Source: Eledone cirrhosa (taxonomy: Eukaryota). Taken from it: DNA of 64,000 bases. Below are positions 1 to 11,325 of the stretch, piece after piece. The position numbers and the translations under genes were made by a program. The stretch spans positions 87,234,001 through 87,298,000 of the forward strand of contig OZ024741.1 in assembly GCA_964016885.1 (NCBI GenBank), read 5' to 3'. A model generated the notes under the pieces. The model did not search any database and had not been told where the DNA came from. It worked only from the letters and a program-made list of their open reading frames with translations. Position 1 is the stretch's first letter. Each line of letters begins with the position of its first letter.

Positions 1-449
1 CTTTACTCATTACGCCTTCCACTCATCACGAATATTATTACCCTATGAACTCATACTTCTTACCCATATATACTTTTTCTCCCTCATCTCCTTCTATATC
101 ACTTTATATTTATTAATTTTTTTCCTATTATTTAAATTTTTTTCAGTTGACTTATAATACCCCCTACTTTCTACCTTACCCTTTACACATACACCCCCCA
201 CCTTTATCCTTTACTCAGTTCACTCTTTAACCAGATACTCTTATCTAGATCTCATCGCAAACCTTTTACAACGCTTTTTTCCCTTACATATTCTTAATAA
301 TTGTGTTTATTATTTCAATTTTACTCCCCTTTTGTCCTTACTTATCCACTAGGTTTTTATGTTCTCACATAGGGCTGTGTGCGGGCGCATTTGCAGACAG
401 GCTCATGTGTACATACATTTATAGTATTTTGATTATTTATTTCTACGTG

Positions 450-479
450 TGAGTGTATGTGTGTATGTGTGCGTGTATG

Positions 480-542
<63 letters not shown>

Positions 543-1159
543 GAAAACAGGGAAAAAGAGACGATTATTAGGAAGAAAAATATTTTTTTTCCCTTTTTAT
601 TTAATTCTCTCTTTTTATGTATGTATGTGTACGTATCTATGCGTGTGTCTATGTATATATATATATGTATATATATATATATGTGTGTATATATGTATAT
701 ATATATATGCGTGTGTGTGTATTTGTATGTATGTGTATATATATATGTGTGTGTGTATGTGTTTGTATGTATATATATTTATGTGTGTGAGTTTATTTAT
801 GTTTAATTTATACTTATATATGGTTCTATGTATGTGTTTATGTATATAGTTGTGTGTATGCGGTTGTATATATGCTTTTATTTTTGTCTGTATAGTTTTA
901 CGTATGGTTTTGTACAGTGTGTCGATTTCTTATTACGTGCGAGTGCGCGCACGCATGTGTATACGCTTGTACGTAGGTTTTGTACCAATGCTCTTTTTTG
1001 TAGGGTTTTTGTGTGTGTTAGTATATTTGGTTGTATGCATGTTTTTATATACGTGTGTATGCGTGTGATCGTGTATGTCTATATGTATTTTTGCATGCAT
1101 GTGTATGTGTATGTGGATGTGTACGCATGTTTATTTTATATTTTATATTTTTATATTTT

Positions 1160-1196
<37 letters not shown>

Positions 1197-1306
1197 CGTT
1201 TCTGAATTTGTTTAGCAAGATTCTTTATCTGAAATGGTGTGTTGAAACCGATATTGTTATACTTTGGGAGGGTCATCTTATTGGCAACATGACCCTCCCA
1301 AAGTAT

Positions 1307-1374
<68 letters not shown>

Positions 1375-1520
1375 GTGTATATATATATATGTATATACAC
1401 ATACATTTGTGTATGTGTTTTTATACGCGTGTATGAGCATTTGTACATGTTTTTGTGTGTATGTATGCATGTGTGTATGCATATATGTATATATATGTAT
1501 ATATATATATATATATTTTA
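450..1520. repeat. Compound (TA)n/(TG)n microsatellite field
   Basis: Long TA and TG runs. The YIYI/CVCV ORFs here are artefacts. Confidence 0.95.
1194..1312. mobile_element. Miniature fold-back copy of a PLE 3' terminus inserted in (TA)n
   Basis: Matches the terminus of the PLE at 22320-22395 (atgaccctcc..aagtataacaatatcggtttcaacac..). Has internal inverted arms and TA runs on both sides. Confidence 0.8.
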
Positions 1521-2076
1521 TATATATTCTCTGAATTTCCAATCGTTTGATTAGTGAAACCGTCGGTAACGGCAATAGAACAGGCGAATATTTAAATAGT
1601 TTTTTAATTTATTTAAAAGATTGTTTGATGATTACTTGTTCCGCTCATTTTTATATATATATTTATGTATATGCACACCTCGTGTATTTGTTTATTTTTA
1701 ATTGTTTTTATTTTCCCCCCTCCTCTCACTTTTTGTTGTCAACAAGTATTCTTTGTCTTTATTTTATTTTTGACTTTGTATTTTTTATTCTTATTCATTT
1801 ATTTATTTATTCTTATTACTTCATGTATAAATATGTGTATGTATTTTGTTCATGTCTGTAGTTACATATACGCTTATGTGATAAAGTATACGTCTACGTA
1901 CTTTTAAGTATATGCGCGTGGTTGAGTGTGTGTATGTTTATATATTTATTGTTTTTATATATATATATATTTGTATTCTTTTTCTCTTCTTCTTCGCCCG
2001 TTATTTCCTCAGCCTCACTTTCATATTTCTTATATTTTGTTTTCAAATCCATATTTAATAAAAACACCATGTCTTG

Positions 2077-2134
2077 TTCATTTTGACGACTGAAAACAGA
2101 TATATCTGCTTTCAAGAAACCACTGGTAAATGAA
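2077..2134 (+). ncRNA. Type I hammerhead ribozyme motif (C3U variant)
   Basis: ttcatt-TTGACGA-c tgaaa..tttca a-GAAA-ccactgg-TA-aatgaa. Stems I, II and III all pair. Confidence 0.65.
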
Positions 2135-2490
2135 ATAATTATCTTATGTTATTTATTACATAACTAATAAGCTCTGTAGCCTACATAGAGCACTCTTTTT
2201 TCCTGTACCTTTCCGACGGAATTACTTCATATATATATATATTTATATTATATAATCGCTCGGTATGCAAATGAGGCTAATCGTCCGATGTATACATTTG
2301 AGAATACTCTGTATTCTCAGCAGTTCTAGGGGATAGCAGACAGGAGGCTACACAATCTCGATAAGGAGCAAAACAGACCGAAACAATATTGTCGATTGTT
2401 TTCTGTCAGCTACAGCTGGAACAAAAGGGTGATGTTGTTCATCTACCACGTGGTGTTTTCTGAGCCTGTAAACAAACCGACTCCGGTGGA

Positions 2491-2660
2491 TTGGCAGTAT
2501 CGGTAGAGGGTCGGACGCTATGCTTTTCAGCATAGAGTTACGCCCCTTTACGGTCTGAGTTCAAATCCCGCCGAGGCTAACTTTGCCTTTCATCCTTATG
2601 GGGTCGATAAAATAAAGTATCAGTAATGCACTGGGATAATTGCTGGCCTTGTCCCAATAT
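2491..2660 (+). mobile_element. tRNA-derived SINE
   Basis: B-box gagttcaaatcc followed by core ctttgcctttcatccttatggggtcgataaaataaagta. Further copies at 22546, 39225, 48367 and 54396. Confidence 0.8.
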
Positions 2661-2714
2661 TGCGCCCCACAATTGAAACTAATAAATGAAAAAGGAGTAG
2701 ACATAAATACTTAC

Positions 2715-2875
2715 TCTCCCAAAATGCCAGATAGGTGAAATATACGTCGATAAATTTGGGAAGACACAAAATACACCAACACAAAAATCTGCAGCAGCTA
2801 GATTTGCCAGGAAAAAATTGGTTCGTGTTCTCAGCCGAGCATTTCTAATGATAATATAAAGGACCAGTAAGTTAC
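2715..2875 (-). CDS. Internal exon of a class A neuropeptide GPCR (trissin-receptor-like), end of TM1 through TM2 to ECL1
   Basis: Translates GNLLVLYIIIRNARLRTRTNFFLANLAAADFCVGVFCVFPNLSTYISPIWHFGR (GN, TNxFLxNLAxAD and WxFG motifs). Acceptor ttgcag| at 2876 (phase 1) and donor |gtaagt at 2714 (phase 0). Confidence 0.92.
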
Positions 2876-3082
2876 CTGCAATAAACAAATAAGAAAAATT
2901 TGTGTACAAAACTTTTCACACTGAAGCGTATAAGATGTAGTTATAGCAACGTTATATTTAAATTAGATTTTTAATAAAACCTGTATTCTGCATACATATT
3001 TATTATCTAATCAATTACTTTTCAACGATGCATTTTATGCGAATTAGACTCACCATTTCAGTTGTTTTTGCTTGTATTATAT

Positions 3083-3402
3083 ACTAGACTAGCCGTGACC
3101 CATTGGGTCACGTTCGCTTAAAAATATTTTTTTAAATTATGTTCACTTAAAAATAATTTTTAAATAATTAAAATATACACAGACATGTATCTCTTTCAAT
3201 CTACTCGTTCACAATCTTTTTTCTCTCCCTCTCTGTTTATGAAGGTACGCGGAAAAACCCCGTATCTTGGGAATCCGTGCTCCGATTTACGCGAAACTTG
3301 TTTTATTTTATTTGTATTCCCATTTCAAGAGCAACTTCTTTTCAAAGTTTTGGCTGTGTTAAATTACAGAGAAGTCGCAATCACAGAGTTTTAGTAGTAT
3401 AG
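3083..3402 (-). mobile_element. Non-autonomous Helitron-like element
   Basis: CTAG end with adjacent hairpin gtgacccattgggtcac. Other end reads ctatactactaaaa on the minus strand. Homologous to 57106-58430. Confidence 0.65.
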
Positions 3403-3804
3403 CGTATGATTATAGCGTTCTTTGTGGACAGAAGGATAATCATTCTTGTCGTCTGATGAGTGACTAATCAGCCGTGAAACACGTAAAAGGAATCTGGTAT
3501 GATTTTCAGTGAACAAAAGAATAACAGAATGCTTTTAAGATTTGTTTAAAGTTTCAGTGTGGCATATATACAGCAGTTAAACCCAGATTTAATTTATATT
3601 TTTTTTTATTTCTGTGAGTGTATTTCATTATTTTTGTTGTTTTTTGTTGTTTTTCTTAATTTTATTTCTTTTCAGGTATACAGCTACAGTTTTATTTTGC
3701 AACGCAAATGGCAATATGTATGTGAAGGAGAGACGCTTCAGAGTTTATTTGAATAACATACATGAAACATTTAAAATAAAATAATCTGTAATGGACACAA
3801 CACA

Positions 3805-3960
3805 GCCGATTGGTTAAGGAGCTTGCTTCACAACAATTAGGCCTTCTCTGAAAAATGCTCAGTCACTTACACGTTAATTTCATGTGCAGGCTGTTCCATT
3901 AACTGAACAAATGGAACATTAATCGTTGAAACCGATGGAAGTCCATTCCATTCCATTCCA
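3805..3960 (+). mobile_element. Internally deleted tRNA-derived SINE (second family)
   Basis: A-box-like gccgattggttaag. 3' part is shared with 53262-53550 and ends in ccatt repeats. Confidence 0.6.
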
Positions 3961-4087
3961 AATTCCTCTTCACATTCTTAAAACTTTAATTCTCGTGTTT
4001 TCAAGCATTGGCTATTCTTAGTCGATTTAAGAATTCCGTACACTAATTGTTTATTTTCTAACAACATCTTTGATCAACATCTGAACA

Positions 4088-4939
4088 TGTAATCATTATA
4101 TTTAAGGTAAGGTAAAGGTAAAGAACCCTTAACTCCTGACAGCGTGCCTTGACATTTTAAACCTGGTTGCTTTTCATCCTTTTTAGGTTGATAAATAAAC
4201 CACTGATCCGTTACTGGGTTCAATTATTTCTCTATCACTGTATCTGTCTTTCTCAGGAAGAGATCAGTAGCACTCCTACCTGGAGAAGAATTGAATCAGT
4301 GTATATCGACATGTTGTTTATTTTCGCATTATTGTAACGCTGGAAGTGACAGAGATATTTTCTTATTATTGTTATCAAATTTCAAGTTTTTCTGAACTTA
4401 TTCAAACTTTAGTCAATGTTGAGTATATTGTTAATTATCTCAAAAAAACATCTGAAGGTATAGTATGGATTAATTAAAGATAAAATAAAAGTGCAGTTCC
4501 CCTTAGAAACTGACGGCAGTGTGATTGCTAATGCACTAAATTAAATTAGACGCCCTACTGTGACATTCCTTCGGGAACTTTAAATAATGCAGGTTATTAT
4601 AATTGTGTAGTACAATAAATAGAAGCACTTGGAGATTATTGAATCTTTAATGGAGCGGAGACGTTTACTTGGTATTAAATATTCTATTCAAAATCTATAT
4701 AGAGAAGAATTAATTATTATAGAAGTGTCTTAGAGGAGGAGGTTCAGTGCCTAAATTATTTGTAAAACACTATCAAGTTGTTAGATTCATGTTGTTGATA
4801 TTTGTTTAACTACCATAGATCGGTTTTTGCAGGAAAGGTGTACGAAAGGAAGGAAATTGCAAAGGATTGCACTTCTGGCGAAGAAGGTCAAAATATTTAC
4901 CAAGGGGCTCGGTAGGTGAGACACAGTTAGGGTGACGAG

Positions 4940-5005
<66 letters not shown>

Positions 5006-5113
5006 TATATATATATATATGTTTGTAGCAAGGCTGGTGTTAAAAGTAAAAGAAAATAATAAATCAATCTGCATGCCACTTCTACTCTTGTCACTCTAAC
5101 TATGTTTCACCTG
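4088..5113 (+). repeat. About 1.03-kb direct duplication, copy 1
   Basis: Near-identical to 6492-7536, including the (CA)n tract. Confidence 0.95.
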
Positions 5114-5154
5114 GTGCGTTATGGTCCATCTGGTTCCTTGCCACATCTCCTTCG

Positions 5155-5207
<53 letters not shown>

Positions 5208-5348
5208 GGATTTCGCTTCAAGCATAGCGTTATACAAATATGTATAGAAATTTCGTATTTTCCAAGGATCACGGTTTTAGGAAGCCGTAGCTATGCAAAC
5301 ACCGGGGCTAATGCCCTCTGGTGGTGTCCAGCAGAAGCAAGGGGGACA

Positions 5349-5392
5349 ACCGTCTATGCATTTCAGGCTTCACAGGCCTTCTTCAAGATGGT
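5349..5392 (-). ncRNA. Minimal type I hammerhead ribozyme (decayed copy)
   Basis: accatc-TTGAAGA-aggc..gcct-GAAA-tgca-TA-gacggt. Confidence 0.7.
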
Positions 5393-5476
5393 CCCTCCCA
5401 CCGCATGCAACTGCTGGACTTGAAAACAGTCGAGAATATATAGTTTTCTCGTCTGTGTAAATGAGGTGAAGGAATG

Positions 5477-5996
5477 TGTAGTCACCAATTTGGTGGAAGA
5501 TGTGTTGTCACCAATTTGTTTGAAGATGTAAATTCCAATTTAACGGAGAAGTATTTTAGAGAGTTGTAATGTCGCCACGAGGAACCAGGTTTGGTAGAGA
5601 GATATGATAGGAATATCAACAACGACTTTAGCTTTGTTTTACATTATTTATTAACAGAGGTTGAGCTGGCATGCCAAGAGAAATGAAATAATTCAATTAA
5701 GATTACAAGAGAAAATACGGGCGACTGGCTGAAGGCGTTTGGCCAGGCTCGTAGGTAATGTTTTGTCGTTACATATTGTTTGCGCTGGCGGAGCAAAAGA
5801 ACAAGCGGTTTTTACTTAGCATGGTCAAGCCTGGAAGTCATCTAGCCTGCAAGTGGTGGCGTCTTCAAATCTTTGCGGGTTATTTCTCCCTCAGAACGCG
5901 TAGGGATACATCCTCTTCTCCTGGCGCTGATTGGCTGAGCTGAGCCAATTCACGCACAGAGAATGTATGTGAGTCCGCGGAATGTAGGTTACTACA
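5477..5996 (-). mobile_element. Probable solo LTR nested in the HHR repeat
   Basis: 520 bp with termini tgtagtcacc...ggttactaca (TG..CA, 9/10 inverted match) and imperfect 4-bp TSD aatg/aatc. Interrupts a sequence that is contiguous at 6245-6270. Confidence 0.55.
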
Positions 5997-6334
5997 AATC
6001 TCATTTGCATATCAAGCTGCATAAGTTGGCTCAACTTATAATAGAAAAGAAATAAGATTGCTTCTGCAGGACACCACCAGAGGGCGTTAGCCTCCTCCCC
6101 CCGGTGTTTGCTCAGCCACGGCTTCCTAAAACCGTATTTCTTTAGAAATACGAAATTTCTATACATAATGTATAAAGCTATGCTTGAAGCGAAATCTTAT
6201 TTCTTTTCCATTATAAGTTGAGCCAACTTATGCAGCTTCATATGCAAATGAGATTAATCACCTCATTTACACAGAAGAGAAAGCTATATATTCTCGACTG
6301 TTCTCAAGTCCAGCAGTAGCAAACGGTGGGAGGG

Positions 6335-6378
6335 ACCGTCCTGACGAAGGCGAGTCAAGCCTGAAATGCATAGACGGT
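6335..6378 (+). ncRNA. Minimal type I hammerhead ribozyme, intact core
   Basis: accgtc-CTGACGA-aggc gagtcaa gcct-GAAA-tgca-TA-gacggt. Stem III is the palindrome atgcat. Confidence 0.9.
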
Positions 6379-6491
6379 TGTCCCCCTTGCTTCTGCTGGA
6401 CACCACCAGAGGCCGTTAGCCTCCCCCCCCAATGTGTTTGCATAGCTACGGCTTCCTAAAACCGTATTTCATTTGAAATACGAAATATCTG

Positions 6492-7344
6492 TGTAATCAT
6501 TATATTTAAGGTAAGATAAAGGTAAAGAACCCTTAACTCCTGACAGCGTGCCTTGACATTTTAAACCTGGTTGCTTTTCATCCATTTTAGGTTGATAAAT
6601 AAACCACTGATCCGTTACTGGGTTCAATTATTTCTCTATCACTGTATCTGTCTTTCTCAGGAAGAGATCAGTAGCACTCCTACCTGGAGAAGAATTGAAT
6701 CAGTGTATATCGACATGTTGTTTATTTTCGCATTATTGTAACGCTGGAAGTGACAGAGATATTTTCTTATTATTGTTATCAAATTTCAAGTTTTTCTGAA
6801 CTTATTCAAACTTTAGTCAATGTTGAGTATATTGTTAATTATCTCAAAAAAACATCTGAAGGTATAGTATGGATTAATTAAAGATAAAATAAAAGTGCAG
6901 TTCCCCTTAGAAACTGACGGCAGTGTGATTGCTAATGCACTAAATTAAATTAGACGCCCTACTGTGACATTCCTTCGGGAACTTTAAATAATGCAGGTTA
7001 TTATAATTGTGTAGTACAATAAATAGAAGCACTTGGAGATTATTGAATCTTTAATGGAGCGGAGACGTTTACTTGGTATTAAATATTCTATTCAAAATCT
7101 ATATAGAGAAGAATTAATTATTATAGAAGTGTCTTAGAGGAGGAGGTTCAGTGCCTAAATTATTTGTAAAACACTATCAAGTTGTTAGATTCATGTTGTT
7201 GATATTTGTTTAACTACCATAGATCGGTTTTTTGCAGGAAAGCTGTACGAAAGGAAGGAAATTGCAAAGGATTGCACTTCTGGCGAAGAAGGTCAAAGTA
7301 TTTACCAAGGGGCTCGGTGGGTGAGACACAGTTAGGGTGACGAG

Positions 7345-7428
<84 letters not shown>

Positions 7429-7536
7429 TATATATATATATATGTTTGTAGCAAGGCTGGTATTAAAAGTAAAATAAAATAATAAATCAATCTGCATGCC
7501 ACTTCTACTCTTGTCACTCTAACTGTGTTTCACCTG
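6492..7536 (+). repeat. About 1.04-kb direct duplication, copy 2
   Basis: Near-identical to 4088-5113. Confidence 0.95.
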
Positions 7537-7658
7537 CTGAGACGCATGGTAAATATTTTAGCCTTGTTATATATATATATATATATATATATACATACAT
7601 ACATACACATACCCCCACCCCAAACATACACACACAAACACACACATATATATATATA

Positions 7659-7870
7659 TATCACATACGAAACGGAGAATCAGTGGTGCTACGAAGATCC
7701 TCAGATATGTCTCGTAGAATTGAGAGCCATATTTGAGGATCTTGCAATTTCAGAGTCAGGTTTGATCATTGCATCGATCGTGCCTCGAGCTGGTCGCCAG
7801 TGAAACGATTGTAATATGTCTAATAAATCTTATTCGTACCACTACTGATTCTCCGTTTCTTACGTGATAT
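7659..7870 (+). mobile_element. Fold-back pLTR fragment with a long-stem-II HHR (7728-7818)
   Basis: Inverted arms gaaacggagaatcagt/actgattctccgtttc. catat-TTGAGGA-(about 62 nt)-GAAA-cgattg-TA-atatg. Related fragment at 58440-58561. Confidence 0.6.
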
Positions 7871-7948
7871 TATACTCTGCTCTGTAAGAGCATCTAGTGC
7901 TCAAACGGCATACCGCTTACGGACGCTTTAAGCATCCCATCCCACACC

Positions 7949-7992
<44 letters not shown>

Positions 7993-7995
<3 letters not shown>

Positions 7996-8230
7996 GGAAC
8001 GAGTAGGACCCCGACGGCTGCGCTCAAGCCGTTTCGACGGCTAATTCTGGACTAAAAGTCTAATTTAGTCTAAAGGCTAAAAGCTAGTTTAGTCCAGAAT
8101 TAGCCGTCGAAACGGCTTGAGCTCAGCCGTCGGGGTCCTACTCGTTCCTATTACCCACTCTACTACCCTAAGTATTGAGTACTTTGGTGCGTTATGGGCC
8201 ATCTGGTTCCTTACCACATTTCCTTCGTTA
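7993..8230 (+). mobile_element. Fold-back element family A in (TA)n (3' half of an HHR plus terminus)
   Basis: 7993-8054 is inverted relative to 8090-8150. GAAA-cggct..agccg-TC-gggg. Copies at 5111-5158, 25518-25658, 59398-59597, 61360-61530 and 61940-62130. Confidence 0.8.
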
Positions 8231-8246
8231 TATATATATATATATA

Positions 8247-8596
8247 TACTGCCAGATACAGTACTATACGAGCGAGACACGGTCACCCGATTAAAATATT
8301 ATTGAAAAATATTATTATAAAGAAGCAGTTTTAGGGAAAAAAATAGAAATATGCATTCTGTTTTTTTTTAAATATTCATTGTCTTTCAAACTTGCATATC
8401 ATCGACATTGCTATTTCGCTGTTAATAAACAACGCTTTTCACGTCGCTCCACTTGTCATTGTACGATGTCCAGCCCCAAGTGCATATTTCTATTTTTTCC
8501 TGAAACTGCTTCTTTATAATAAACTTTCAATAATATTTTTCAAATTATTAACTTAATAAAAAGTGGCCCCGGGTGCAACCGGGCTCAGCTGCTAGT
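8247..8596 (+). mobile_element. Non-autonomous Helitron-like element
   Basis: Subterminal hairpin cccgggtgcaaccggg followed by CTAG|T. Internal inverted repeat about 8300-8356 vs 8481-8535. Confidence 0.65.
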
Positions 8597-9063
8597 ATAA
8601 ACTTATAATTAACTAAAGCGTAATCCAATACAAGCGGTATCCATTGATAAATATTAGGGAAAATTCCGAATTTTGAATTTTGTCTAGCATTTGAATACAA
8701 CGGGTTTTTATTCTCCCTTCTATTTTATCCTTTCCTTTACTTTTTTTCTTCGTTTTTCTTTATTTCCCTTCTTTTTTCTTTTTCTCTCCACATCTTCCCT
8801 GTTCTTCTGTTTTTTATTCCCCTTCTTCTCTCTCTTCATCTCTTTTTTTTCTTCTTTTATTTATTTATTTATTTATTTATTTCCCTTCTTTTTCTTCGCA
8901 TCTTCCATCTCAACCCCCCTTCTATATTTCTACCTTGCTCTACGTCCTCTTCTCCTCTAAGTTTATCATATTATTTGTGGTATAAAAATGTTGAGGGTTG
9001 GTGAAATAAATCACTGCCACTACTGGAATTGAATAATCAAAACCGTAGCATATCCAATATCTC

Positions 9064-9132
9064 ATATATTTTATCTGATGAAAACGTACTTAAACACCAT
9101 TGTACTTTTGAAATATGTATAATAAAATATAT
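9064..9132 (+). ncRNA. Type I hammerhead ribozyme motif
   Basis: atatattttat-CTGATGA-aaacgtac..gtactttt-GAAA-tatgta-TA-ataaaatatat. Same family as 23553, 46595, 60373 and 62507. Confidence 0.75.
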
Positions 9133-9190
9133 ATTTTGGTTATGAGAATATTTTTCATTTATTAATATTTTGAATAATATATATATATAT

Positions 9191-10128
9191 AAATAAATAC
9201 ATTATCGGAGAAAGCTTTTTAGCGATACTCCGGCCAAATTCCAACTCACTCAACAAACATTAGGAAATAAGTGGTTATATTCCTAATTAAACGTTCGGGG
9301 TGCTAACTAAATGTATTGCGTGGAAAATTGGCTGTATTATTTCATATGAGACATATCGAATATATCTCTTCCCAGACGGACGTCTCGTTTCATTATAGGA
9401 TTCCTACAATTTGGGTGAAATTATACCAATTTATGTAGGAGCTTATATACCATCAGTAGATATATATTCAAGTGGGCTCCTATAATTCATCAGTGGGTGC
9501 CCCAATAATACTAATATTGATAATCTAACCAACATCAGTATTTAGCGATAATCATCATCAGTGCCTGAGGTATCTGTTAGGTTGCTAGTCCAGCAGTTCT
9601 AAAGAAATACCCGAACTGATTCAAAAATGAGGAAATAAATTACCGCCCAAAAAAAACAATACATGCGCATGACAATGAACTATAAAAGGAATTCAGGCCA
9701 CGTGCTAGAACTAAATTGGAACTTGAAAAAATATCTATGTGTGTACAACGTTTGATGACACACACAGAGATATTTTCTCGGGCAAAATAACAGAATGAGA
9801 TATAAGAAACAATCAATATTCATATATAAAAAAATAAACAAAGAAAGTCTAACATTATACCGGGAATTTCAAATCTGTTGCACCAAGAGTAAATAAATAA
9901 ATACATTATCGGAGAAAGCTTTTTAGCGATACTCCGGCCAAATTCCAACTCACTCAACAAACATTAGGAAATAAGTGAGTATATTCCTAATTAAGCGTTC
10001 GGGGTGCTAACTAAATGTATTGCGTGGAAAATTGGCTGTATTATTTCATATGAGACATATCGAATATATCTCTTCCCAGACGGACGTCTCGTTTCATTAT
10101 AGGATTCCTACAATTTGGGTGAAATTAT
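9191..10128 (-). mobile_element. Non-coding partial-tandem element (about 704-nt period) carrying an HHR
   Basis: 9191-9424 is repeated at 9895-10128. Flanked by (TA)n. Related fragment at 60635-60778. Confidence 0.75.
9371..9497 (-). ncRNA. Type I hammerhead ribozyme with branched, enlarged stem II
   Basis: ccca-CTGATGA-attatagga..(about 77 nt)..tcctataat-GAAA-cgagacgtccg-TC-tggg. Confidence 0.8.
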
Positions 10129-10148
10129 TAACTTATATATATATATAT

Positions 10149-11114
10149 ATAAGTTAAAACAATGAAATAAAAAATCAAGTCATTAGAGATATACTTCACT
10201 GCTTTACGATCGTTTCTAGATGATGATAATACATTGTAGCTATACTCCGTTATTGATCTATGTAAGGTTAGTTACAAAATATCAGATAAAGAGAATATTT
10301 ACTTATATGTATATCACCAGCTGTTTTCAAAAGCAATAATAATTTTATTCAGAATTAGTAGTATGTTAGTATCATGTCCTTATTTGGAGGTAGTTGAAGA
10401 ACTAACGAATCAAATTGTTTTTTCATATGGTGTTAAGATGAAAAGTAATACACTTTAGTTGAGGTCATGACCCTTTGAAAGGAATGGTTGAATGGTGTTA
10501 ATAGTAGAATTGGCATAACAATCTATTAGGAGGAAAGGGATTGTCAAACTGATAGTTGAATGTATCTGGTATAGTGAAGTTAAAAAGAATGTCAAAATAA
10601 ATGGTGATTAGTTTTGTATTAAGTTTTTAGGTGAATATATATTAAGGTTATGGTTAGGAAAGATAGTATATTAAAAGCTGAAAATTCTAATTAGATAATG
10701 AAATACAGTAATGCGATAATATACAACTTAACCAACACAATATAGTACGGTGTGGTAAATTGCACATAGTATAATATAGCATATGATACGCTCTAAAATA
10801 CTATCAAGTATGTTCATGCATAAATAATCAAACTCAGATAAATACATGTTGGCATAGTTAAAACACATAAATTTCTTAGATTACAAAGTGCATATATCCA
10901 CACTATATATAGAGAGGTACAGTTATATTGATATCCAACCCAAAATATACATACGTACAAATAGATGCAAACCTAAATACACATTTACACGTATGCACAA
11001 AATCATATACATACATATCCATACATATCTATATCCACACATACACACCTATACCCACATATATACATATATATATATACACACATATACATACATACAT
11101 ATATATATATACAT

Positions 11115-11193
<79 letters not shown>

Positions 11194-11291
11194 TATATAT
11201 ATATGTGTGTGTATATGTACACTCCTCATACATGTACACACACTCATATATAAACACTCATACACATATACTCACATATATACACACACAA

Positions 11292-11325
<34 letters not shown>

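Larger units (their letters stand above)
5201..6486. mobile_element. Retrozyme-like non-coding HHR repeat (about 329-nt monomer) in inverted and tandem copies
   Basis: ttgcttctgc recurs at 6058 and 6387. Minus-strand copy spans 5201-5469 plus 5997-6058. One HHR per monomer. Confidence 0.7.

Noticed and set aside
2491-2580. tRNA gene
   Set aside because: A/B-box remnants continue into a SINE core with no cloverleaf, and there are multiple dispersed copies.
2679-2909. 76-aa ORF as a complete gene
   Set aside because: Only 2715-2875 is GPCR-like and bounded by splice sites. The rest is intron read-through.
5481-5545. 26-bp repeats gtcaccaattt..gaagatgt as a CRISPR-like array
   Set aside because: Only about 2.5 adjacent units with no spacers, in eukaryotic LTR-like context.
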